Assembly (NCBI GenBank): GCA_902576375.1
Contig: CACGUZ010000004.1
Span: 4,401 to 68,400 of the forward strand
DNA: 64,000 bases
Origin: an uncultured Pelagibacteraceae bacterium
GTDB taxonomy: Bacteria; Pseudomonadota; Alphaproteobacteria; Pelagibacterales; Pelagibacteraceae
Direction of reading: 5' to 3'
The notes beneath the pieces were generated by a model that made no database searches, was not told the DNA's origin, and worked only from the letters and a program-made list of their open reading frames with translations. Positions 9,696 to 17,334 of this stretch are shown here, one piece after another. The position numbers and the translations under genes are program-made. Within the stretch, counting starts at the first letter, position 1; the number at the start of each line of letters is the position of its first letter.

Positions 9696-9708
9696 AAAAT
9701 CTAAATAT

Positions 9709-11865
9709 ATGACTGCTTTAAAAAAACAACATAAAGAAGAGTTGAAATCTAAATATATAAATAGAGAGCTTTCTTGGTTAAAATTCAACGATAGAGTACT
9801 TTTAGAGGCGCAAAATATCGAAAATCCTCTTTATGAAAGAGTAAAGTTTTTATCAATTGCTGGGTCTAATCTAGATGAATTTTTTATGGTCCGTGTAGCT
9901 GGGTTATATAGTCAAATAAAACAAGAAGTTGACTCACTAAGCTCTGATGGTTTGACACCTGAAGAGCAAATGGATGAGGTAGTGCTTGAAACTAAGAATC
10001 TATTAAAAAAACAGAACAAAATTTTTATTCAACTGATTATGGAATTAAAAAAAAATAATATCAATTTAGTTAAACCAGTTAATTTAAATACTAAGGATAA
10101 AAAAAAACTTTTAGAAATATTTAAAGAAGAGATTTACCCTTTATTAACACCATCAGCAATTGATCCTGCACATCCATTTCCATTTATAATCAATCAAGGA
10201 AGAGCAATTGTAATGAAGTTAAGAAAAAAAAATAAAAAAAGGATTTTAAACTCAATAATAGTAATACCAAAAGCATTATCTAGATTTATTGAAATTGAGT
10301 CTTCAAAAAATCATAAGAAATTTGTGATTCTAGATGATGTAATAAGTTTTTTTGCTAATGAAATTTTTCCAGATCATGATTTAGAAAAGAAAATGATTTT
10401 TAGAGTAATAAGAGACAGCGATGTAGAGATTCAAGAGGAAGCAGAAGATTTGGTTAGATCTTTTGAATTGGCTTTAAAAAGACGTAGAACGGGTGATATT
10501 GTTCGTTTAGAGGTTCTTGAAAATAGTGATAACGAATTGATAAGATTTATAACTAATAAATTAGATATAAATCCTGACTATATTTATGATGTTGCTGGCC
10601 TTGTTGGAATTCAAGATATAGATCAAATATGTAAAGTAAAAAATCCAAAATTAAGATTTAAACATTTTACACCTAGAGAAGTTGAAAGATTAAAAGAATA
10701 TAATGATAATTTTTTTGAAACTATTAAAAAGAAAGATTTAGTTGTTCATCATCCTTTTGAAACATTTGACTCAGTAATTGAATTTTTAAACCAAGCAGCA
10801 AATGATAAAAAAGTTATAGCTATAAAACAAACTCTATATAGAACAACTCTAGACTCACCTATTGTTAAAGCTTTAATAACAGCTGCAGAAAACGGAAAAA
10901 CAGTTACCGCTTTAATTGAAATTAAAGCTAGATTTGATGAGGAAGCTAATATTCAACTATCAAGAAGTTTAGAAAAAGTAGGTGTTCAAATTGTTTATGG
11001 TTTTGCTAAATATAAAACTCATGCAAAATCATCATTAGTTTTAAGAAGAGAACAGGGTAAAATACAAACTTATTTTCATTTAGGAACTGGCAATTATCAT
11101 CCAGTAAATGCTAAAATTTATACTGATTTGTCTTTATTTAGTTGTGATAAGAAAATGGCATCAGATGTTGAAAAGTTTTTCAATTATGTAACAGGATACG
11201 CAAAACCAAAAAATTTAAATAAAATTTCTATTTCGCCAGTAAATATGAGGCAAACCTTAAATGAAAATATTGATGCTGAAATTAAAAATTCTAAAAATGG
11301 AAAATTTGCAGCTATTTGGGCAAAAATGAACTCTTTAGTAGATCCAGAAATTATTGATAAATTTTATGAAGCTTCGAATGCTGGTGTAAAAATTCATTTA
11401 TTTGTAAGGGGTGTTTGTTGTTTAAGACCAGGAGTAAAAGATAGATCAGAAAACATATTTGTGAAAAGTATCATAGGAAGATTTTTAGAGCATTCTAGAA
11501 TTTACTGCTTTAGTAATGGTACAAAAAAAATGCCTAATAGAAATGCAAAAGTATATATTTCGTCAGCTGATTTAATGCCGAGAAATTTAAATCGAAGGGT
11601 AGAACTTCTAGTCCCAATTGAAAATGAGACTGTTCATGAACAGATCTTAGATCAAATAATGTTGGCAAATTATCTTGATACTAATCAGAGCTGGGAACTT
11701 GAAGCTGATGGTAATTATAAAAAAATTAAATATAGTAAGAGCGATTCCTTTTCAGCTCATGAATATTTTATGAATAATCCGAGCTTATCTGGAAGAGGTA
11801 AAGCTAAACTAAGAATGCAGCCTAAACAACTGCACTTAAGATTGATTAAAAGTGGAAGTAATTAA
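9709..11865 (+). CDS. ppk: Polyphosphate kinase 1
   Basis: 718 aa. N-terminal YINRELSWLKFNDRVL and two PLD-like HKD-type regions (KTHAKSSLV, RFLEHSRIY). Confidence 0.93.
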   Translation: MTALKKQHKEELKSKYINRELSWLKFNDRVLLEAQNIENPLYERVKFLSIAGSNLDEFFMVRVAGLYSQIKQEVDSLSSDGLTPEEQMDEVVLETKNLLKKQNKIFIQLIMELKKNNINLVKPVNLNTKDKKKLLEIFKEEIYPLLTPSAIDPAHPFPFIINQGRAIVMKLRKKNKKRILNSIIVIPKALSRFIEIESSKNHKKFVILDDVISFFANEIFPDHDLEKKMIFRVIRDSDVEIQEEAEDLVRSFELALKRRRTGDIVRLEVLENSDNELIRFITNKLDINPDYIYDVAGLVGIQDIDQICKVKNPKLRFKHFTPREVERLKEYNDNFFETIKKKDLVVHHPFETFDSVIEFLNQAANDKKVIAIKQTLYRTTLDSPIVKALITAAENGKTVTALIEIKARFDEEANIQLSRSLEKVGVQIVYGFAKYKTHAKSSLVLRREQGKIQTYFHLGTGNYHPVNAKIYTDLSLFSCDKKMASDVEKFFNYVTGYAKPKNLNKISISPVNMRQTLNENIDAEIKNSKNGKFAAIWAKMNSLVDPEIIDKFYEASNAGVKIHLFVRGVCCLRPGVKDRSENIFVKSIIGRFLEHSRIYCFSNGTKKMPNRNAKVYISSADLMPRNLNRRVELLVPIENETVHEQILDQIMLANYLDTNQSWELEADGNYKKIKYSKSDSFSAHEYFMNNPSLSGRGKAKLRMQPKQLHLRLIKSGSN

Positions 11866-13363
11866 AAGTAAAAATAGTTTAAAATTAAATCAGGCAAAAT
11901 TAGCTATAATAGACATTGGATCAAACTCTATAAGAATGCTAATTTATGAAGATTTCAGTTCTTCTCGTGTGCCTTTTTTTAATGAAAAAGCAGTTTGTGA
12001 ACTTGGAAAAAATTTAGATAAATCCAAAAAACTTCACAGATCTGGTACCGAATATGCTTTAAAAGTTTTAAAAAGATTCTCTGAAATTTTAAATGTTTCA
12101 AAAATCACAAATCTTAAAATCATTGCAACAGCAGTTTTAAGAGAAGCGACTGATACAAAACCATTTATTAATGAAGTTGAAAAACTTTTTAAAACTAAGA
12201 TTAATATATTATCTGGTGAAGAAGAAGCTGAATGCTCAGCTGAGGGAGTAAAAATAGGCTTTGAAAATGTCAATGGATTAGTTGCTGATCTTGGAGGTGG
12301 AAGTTTAGAATTAGCTCGAGTTGAAAATAATATAGTTACTAATAAAACCTCATTACCTATTGGAGTTTTAAGATTATTAAATAATCCTATAGTTAAAAAA
12401 AGAAATTTAGCAAAATATATCAAAAAATTATTAAGAGAAGAAAAATGGCTTTCAAAAAAGAAATTTAATAATCTATATTTAGTTGGAGGTACCTGGCGAG
12501 CATTATTTAAATTACATCTTTTTCAAAATAATCATCCGGTACATATAATTCATCAATATAGTATTGATAACAATGTTTTATCTAAGTTTGTTGAAAAAAT
12601 TTCATCTTTTAATAAATCTAAACTTAAAACAGTTGAGTATATTTCAAAATCTAGAACAGCGTATTTACCTTATAGTTGCATTATACTTGATGAAATTATG
12701 AGAGTTACAAATCCAAGAAATATAATTTGTTCTATAAGCGGTTTGCGTGAAGGTTCTTTATCAATTGACTATTTTAAAGATGTAAAAGAATCAGAAATTT
12801 TTCATAAAGCACTTGAGAATATTGCAAAAAAAAGAGGTGATCTAGGATCGAACTATAAAAAATATTATGATTTTATTCAGCCAGTTTTTGAAGGCAATGA
12901 ACATTTTAATAAGAAATTATTATATCTGGCATGTGTATTAAGTCATATGGATTGGGGATTAGGAGCATTTCAAAAAGCTGAATTGGTATTTCAAGAAACA
13001 ATAAATACTCCTTTACTTAGATTGACTCATAAAGAAAGAATACAATTAGCTTTGTCATGTTATTGGCGGTACTGTAGTATTAAGTATAATCCAAAGATGG
13101 AGTATTTAACTTTTTTAAATAATAATGAAATTTTTTCAAGCAAACAAGTTGGAGCAGCATTGAGATTTTCACAATCATTGACCTCGATATCTACGATATT
13201 TCTTGAAGAGTTTAAATTGTATAAAAGAGGTAATGCTGTATTTTTAAAAATTCCATCACAACATCAAGAAATAATCTCAAAACAAGTTACTAAAAGATTT
13301 AAAGCTCTTGCTAGAGAATTATTTTTAGAACCAAGAGTAATTTACTCAAATAATTCAAGATAA
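11852..13363 (+). CDS. ppx: Exopolyphosphatase (Ppx/GppA family)
   Basis: AIIDIGSNSIRML and DLGGGSLEL actin-fold phosphate motifs. GTG start overlaps the ppk end by 14 nt. Confidence 0.88.
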   Translation: MEVIKSKNSLKLNQAKLAIIDIGSNSIRMLIYEDFSSSRVPFFNEKAVCELGKNLDKSKKLHRSGTEYALKVLKRFSEILNVSKITNLKIIATAVLREATDTKPFINEVEKLFKTKINILSGEEEAECSAEGVKIGFENVNGLVADLGGGSLELARVENNIVTNKTSLPIGVLRLLNNPIVKKRNLAKYIKKLLREEKWLSKKKFNNLYLVGGTWRALFKLHLFQNNHPVHIIHQYSIDNNVLSKFVEKISSFNKSKLKTVEYISKSRTAYLPYSCIILDEIMRVTNPRNIICSISGLREGSLSIDYFKDVKESEIFHKALENIAKKRGDLGSNYKKYYDFIQPVFEGNEHFNKKLLYLACVLSHMDWGLGAFQKAELVFQETINTPLLRLTHKERIQLALSCYWRYCSIKYNPKMEYLTFLNNNEIFSSKQVGAALRFSQSLTSISTIFLEEFKLYKRGNAVFLKIPSQHQEIISKQVTKRFKALARELFLEPRVIYSNNSR

Positions 13364-13539
13364 ATTAAATTTAATTCTATTTTTAATTGAGTGATATTTT
13401 TTTGTAACATTATTTTAATTTAAATTCATTTAACTTTAACAATAAGTAAATAATTTTGTAATTTAGTTTATGTATAAAGCACCATCAAAGTTTAAATATT
13501 CATTATTTCTTCCCCTGTTTAAATTTTGTTGATTAACTA

Positions 13540-13573
13540 CTTTCTTCCTTCTCTTAAATGAGAAGGGAGAAAG
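13540..13573. other. 14-bp stem-loop in the ppx / Lys-rich-gene convergent spacer
   Basis: CTTTCTTCCTTCTC-ttaaat-GAGAAGGGAGAAAG (one G.T pair). No U-tract on either strand, so it is not a canonical terminator. Confidence 0.5.
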
Positions 13574-13584
13574 ACGATTTGGAA

Positions 13585-13794
13585 TTAATTATTTATAGAT
13601 GCAGGAGACTGCTCTGCATTTTTCTTAGCAAGCTTTTTTGCTTTTTTTTCTGCAACCTTTTTTTCTAGACCAGCAATTTTAATATTAAGGCTTGATAATT
13701 TTTTTTCTTTTGCTGTAATTTTATTTTTAAGTTTGTCTATTGATTTTAATATCTTTGTTTTTTTCTTTTCATTTTTTTTTAGTTTTTTTCTCAT
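13585..13794 (-). CDS. Small, very lysine-rich coiled-coil-like protein (69 aa)
   Basis: 24 of 69 residues are Lys. A GGAGG Shine-Dalgarno sits 5 nt upstream of the ATG, which is unusually strong for this window. ORF length is notable for such AT-rich DNA. Confidence 0.6.
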   Translation of the reverse strand: MRKKLKKNEKKKTKILKSIDKLKNKITAKEKKLSSLNIKIAGLEKKVAEKKAKKLAKKNAEQSPASINN

Positions 13795-13873
13795 TACTGC
13801 CTCCGAATTATTTAATATTTGATTTAATCATATAATCCTTAAATAAAAAAGATATTTTGATACAACCTTTAGT

Positions 13874-14365
13874 TTATAGTTTTTTAAGAACTGTTATTAA
13901 ATAAAAAAACATTGCTATATGAGAACTATTATTGAATTTTTGATTTAATATTAATTTAATTATCTCTCTTTGATTAAAAAGATGAATTCTAATACCCTGT
14001 TCTGGTTTCGAAATTTTAATTAAGTCTTCTGTGTAATAACCAGTAATTTTAGTAGTTAGTCTTCCAGGTTCATTATAAAAAGTTATTATTTTACTCAATT
14101 TTGATCTTGATCTATATCCTGTTTCTTCTCTTAATTCCTTATATGCTGATTGGAGAGTTGTTTCCTTTTTTTCCACTATGCCAGAAGGAAACTCGTAGTT
14201 AATTTTATTAATTGGAACTCTTTTTTGGGAAACTACTACATATTTGTCTTTAATCTTAGGTATTACTAATGAAAGATTAGAAGTTTTAAGATAATGATAA
14301 AACTCTTTTTTTTTAAATTTTTTGTTAATTAAACTTATTCGATTGGTAAGTTTTATATTTTTCAA
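13874..14365 (-). CDS. Nudix hydrolase (ADP-ribose pyrophosphatase-like)
   Basis: Nudix box GIVEKKETTLQSAYKELREETGY (G-x5-E-x7-[K]E-L-x-EE-x-G-Y). TTG start in a TTGA 4-nt overlap with the upstream aquaporin gene. Confidence 0.75.
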   Translation of the reverse strand: MKNIKLTNRISLINKKFKKKEFYHYLKTSNLSLVIPKIKDKYVVVSQKRVPINKINYEFPSGIVEKKETTLQSAYKELREETGYRSRSKLSKIITFYNEPGRLTTKITGYYTEDLIKISKPEQGIRIHLFNQREIIKLILNQKFNNSSHIAMFFYLITVLKKL

Positions 14366-15021
14366 TTTTTTTCTAAAAATAACTTTTTAACAATAAGTAC
14401 AGCAATTAACATTCCAATAAGCTCAGCTAAAATATAATAAGGAGTATTTAAATAACTAATACCAGTAAAAGATTCTGTAAATGTTCTGGCAATAGCAACC
14501 GCAGGATTTGCAAAAGAAGTTGAAGAAGTAAACCAATAACCAGCAGTAATATAAAGACCAACACTAGCAGCAACAGCAATTTTACCTGACTTCATAGACC
14601 CAAAAATTATCACTATAAGTCCTAATGTTGCTATCACTTCAGATGTTAGTATATAAATCCCATCTCTTGACTTAGTAGATAATTCATAAATTTCATGTTC
14701 AAAAAAGAAATTAGCTAAACCAACACCAATCAAGCAACCAAACAGTTGAGCAATGATATAGTAGGGTAATAGTTTCTTTTTTAATTTACCCATTATTGCC
14801 ATTGCGATACTTACAAATGGATTAAAGTGAGCTCCTGATACATCAGCAAAAACTGTAATAAGCACAAATAAACCTGATCCTGTTGCTATAGTATTAGCTA
14901 TTAACATCACAGCAACATCATTAGTTAAGTTTTCAGCCATTAAACCTGAACCAACAATAATCATTACTAAAAAACAACTGCCTAATAGTTCAGCAAGAAA
15001 ATAGCGGCTTTTATTTTTCAT
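14362..15021 (-). CDS. MIP-family channel (aquaporin/aquaglyceroporin); candidate arsenite channel by context
   Basis: Six TM helices, with NPF (HFNPFVS) and NPA (NPAVAIAR) half-helix motifs. 11-nt overlap with arsC. Confidence 0.8.
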   Translation of the reverse strand: MKNKSRYFLAELLGSCFLVMIIVGSGLMAENLTNDVAVMLIANTIATGSGLFVLITVFADVSGAHFNPFVSIAMAIMGKLKKKLLPYYIIAQLFGCLIGVGLANFFFEHEIYELSTKSRDGIYILTSEVIATLGLIVIIFGSMKSGKIAVAASVGLYITAGYWFTSSTSFANPAVAIARTFTESFTGISYLNTPYYILAELIGMLIAVLIVKKLFLEKN

Positions 15022-15442
15022 AAATCAGTTCCTTTATTCTTTTATGAATATTATTGTAAACTTTTTCTATTATTTCATCTTTTTTATTTAAGTCGTTTGT
15101 TTCATTAAGTAATTTAACAGGATCCTCTATATCCCAATGAATTATCTGATCTTTATTAGGCCAAATAGGACAGACTTCGTTATTGGCATTATTACAAACT
15201 GTAATTACATAATCCATTTTAATTTGACTATTAACGAACGTATTAAAATTTTTAGATCTATAATTTGAAAGATCATAATGTTTTGATAATAAATAATTCT
15301 TCACATCTTCATTAATTTTTCCTGTTGGATTACTCCCAGCACTAAAACCTTTATACTTATCGTCATACTCGTTATTTATTATACTTTCAGCAATGATACT
15401 TCTTGCTGAATTACCTGTGCATACAAACAAAATATTCTTCAT
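15011..15442 (-). CDS. arsC: Arsenate reductase, LMW-PTPase (thioredoxin-coupled) type
   Basis: P-loop ILFVCTGNSARS (C-x5-R-S) plus downstream Cys residues (VCNNANNEVCP). Confidence 0.85.
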   Translation of the reverse strand: MKNILFVCTGNSARSIIAESIINNEYDDKYKGFSAGSNPTGKINEDVKNYLLSKHYDLSNYRSKNFNTFVNSQIKMDYVITVCNNANNEVCPIWPNKDQIIHWDIEDPVKLLNETNDLNKKDEIIEKVYNNIHKRIKELIYEK

Positions 15443-15664
15443 TTAAAAAATAATCTTATAAATTCCAATAACAAATAATGGAATTTGTAATCCAAAGTTA
15501 GTGAGTATCGCCTTATCTTTGCTAATAAATCCAGCGATAGTCCATCCGACAACTCCTAATCCATGAAAATATATATTTAATGGATATATATTTAAGTTTG
15601 TAAGAAGTATTCCTACTAAAACTAAAAAAGTACTGATCCACTTTAGATATTTTTTTATAAACAT
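15443..15664 (-). CDS. Small 3-TM membrane protein (73 aa), first gene of the arsC string
   Basis: Three hydrophobic segments. AGGAGGA SD upstream of the ATG. Its stop codon abuts the arsC start with 0 nt spacer. Confidence 0.55.
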   Translation of the reverse strand: MFIKKYLKWISTFLVLVGILLTNLNIYPLNIYFHGLGVVGWTIAGFISKDKAILTNFGLQIPLFVIGIYKIIF

Positions 15665-15724
15665 ATTTCCTCCTTCTTATTAATTATTACATTAATGTTA
15701 CAAATTTATTAAGGCTTAACAGTA

Positions 15725-16063
15725 TTATAGAAAATTAGTTATGTATTTATGAATAAAGAAACCAACAATTAAAAATCCTAAGCCTGTGCCATAGATTAGG
15801 AAGAAATTCATATTAAATGATTTTGCAAAAAAGAAGGGTAAAAAAAATAAATAACTCACAGGTACCGCTACTAGTATGCTCTTAGTAAAAAGAATTGTTT
15901 TTTCTATATCATTATGTTCATAGTAGGAAAAAGCTATAGCTATGAGTGATACAAGAGGCAAAGCAATAATAAAACCTGCAAGTTTTGGATTTTGACCCGA
16001 AAGCCAACTAGCAAAGGCAATTATAATTGCAGCAAGAACAATCTTTAAGGTAAAAAATATCAT
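15725..16063 (-). CDS. Small 4-TM membrane protein, GlpM/DUF3147-like
   Basis: 112 aa. The pattern ...WLSGQNPKLAGFIIALPLVSLIAIAF... recalls GlpM-family proteins. This is from memory and needs an HMM check. Confidence 0.5.
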   Translation of the reverse strand: MIFFTLKIVLAAIIIAFASWLSGQNPKLAGFIIALPLVSLIAIAFSYYEHNDIEKTILFTKSILVAVPVSYLFFLPFFFAKSFNMNFFLIYGTGLGFLIVGFFIHKYITNFL

Positions 16064-16101
16064 TAATGATTTAACTTTATTAAAAAAACATCATTAATGA
16101 T
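16059..16101. repeat. Two identical 12-bp perfect palindromes (ATCATTAATGAT), 31 bp apart, in the zur / GlpM-like spacer
   Basis: Copies at 16059-16070 and 16090-16101. Each is preceded on the + strand by TAAAAAA. The first copy contains the start codon of the 15725-16063 gene. Confidence 0.8.
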
Positions 16102-16107
16102 ATGATT

Positions 16108-16515
16108 TTATTTAAGTGTGCATTTTTTGCATAAACCAAAAAACTCAAGATTATATTTACTGTATTTCATACCATCTTTGTCTTTAAAGTTTGCTAAGTA
16201 TTTGGAAAGACCTGCGCTACTTATTTCTGTTACTTTTTCACAAATCTCACAGATTGAAAACGCAGTAGCTTTAGCCACCTGACAACTTGAATTATGACAT
16301 GCAATAAAGGCATTTCTACTTTCAATTTTATGAATTTTACCTATTTCAACTAACTTATCTAATGCTCGATAAACTTGCAGAGGAGCTTTAATACCTTTTT
16401 TTTGAACATTATAGAGTATTGAGTAGGCCTTAAGTGGCTGAGATGATTTATCAATTAAATCAAAAATAATTTTCTGATTTTTGGTGAGATTATGTTCTTT
16501 GTGCATTTTATTCAT
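16108..16515 (-). CDS. zur: Fur-family zinc uptake regulator Zur
   Basis: 135 aa. Winged-helix N-terminus, Cys pairs CHNSSC, CEICEK and CKKC. It lies immediately downstream of znuCB. Confidence 0.8.
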   Translation of the reverse strand: MNKMHKEHNLTKNQKIIFDLIDKSSQPLKAYSILYNVQKKGIKAPLQVYRALDKLVEIGKIHKIESRNAFIACHNSSCQVAKATAFSICEICEKVTEISSAGLSKYLANFKDKDGMKYSKYNLEFFGLCKKCTLK

Positions 16516-16530
16516 TTTACTGATTCCTCA

Positions 16531-17334
16531 TTAGTTTTTCAATTTAATTGATTGTTTGATATTAAATAATGAAAGTATGAACAAAAATAATGCTGCCGTT
16601 ATAATTGATGGACCCGAGGAGGTATTAAATTCCAGGGATGTAAATAATCCTAAAATTACTGACAGAAGACCTCCAATGATTGAATAGATAACCATTCTTT
16701 GTGGACTAGACGAAATATTTCTAGCCATTGCAGCTGGTATGATTAGCATTCCTGTTATTAATAACAAACCAACCATTTTAATTGATATAGCAATAATTGC
16801 AGCCATCAATATTGTGAATATTGCTTTTGCTCTATCAGGATTTAAACCTTCTGCTTCAGCTAACTCATAGTTTACTGTGGATGCGAATAAAGGTTTCCAA
16901 ATTAATTTCAAAATTAACAGAATTACTGCTCCTCCAACCCATATTATTAATAGATCATCAACTGTAACAGCTAATATATCTCCAAATAATAATCCCATAA
17001 TGTCAAATCTGATAAATGTTAAGAAACCAATAACAACAAGTCCTACGGCTAAAGATGAATGAGCTAAAAGCCCTAACAATGCATCTCCTGGAAGATTAGT
17101 TCTTTTTTGAAGTTGTATTAATGTTAAAGCAATTAAAGATGAGATTATAAATACAGATAACGCGATATTAAATTCCATTGTAAATGCTAATGTTACTCCC
17201 AATAAAGCCGAATGGGCCAACGTATCACCAAAATAAGATAATCTTCTCCAAATTACAAAACAACCAAGAGGCCCTGTAACGAAAGCAACTCCAATTCCAG
17301 CCACCAATGCTCTTATAAAAAAATCGTCGAACAT
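16531..17334 (-). CDS. znuB: Zinc ABC transporter permease ZnuB
   Basis: ABC-3 family multi-TM protein (…GDTLAHSALLGV…). 0-nt junction with znuC. Confidence 0.88.
   Translation of the reverse strand: MFDDFFIRALVAGIGVAFVTGPLGCFVIWRRLSYFGDTLAHSALLGVTLAFTMEFNIALSVFIISSLIALTLIQLQKRTNLPGDALLGLLAHSSLAVGLVVIGFLTFIRFDIMGLLFGDILAVTVDDLLIIWVGGAVILLILKLIWKPLFASTVNYELAEAEGLNPDRAKAIFTILMAAIIAISIKMVGLLLITGMLIIPAAMARNISSSPQRMVIYSIIGGLLSVILGLFTSLEFNTSSGPSIITAALFLFILSLFNIKQSIKLKN

Noticed and set aside
9696-9788. N-terminal extensions proposed by the ORF track: SixA-like to 9788, xthA to 21055, nagZ from 24474, GT2 from 62654, pstB from 7019.
   Set aside because: Each extension runs into the neighbouring gene and encodes non-conserved-looking sequence. 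In each case an internal ATG gives either the family-typical N-terminus or a TAATG-type coupled start.
13540-13573. The 14-bp hairpin considered as a bidirectional rho-independent terminator for ppx and the Lys-rich gene.
   Set aside because: Neither strand has a U-tract after the stem. I kept it as a structural element of unknown role rather than calling it a terminator.
15689-15698. ACATTAATGT upstream of the arsC string considered as an ArsR operator.
   Set aside because: No arsR/SmtB-family gene is present in the window, and the sequence does not resemble known ArsR operators. I kept it only as part of the CATTAATG-palindrome observation.
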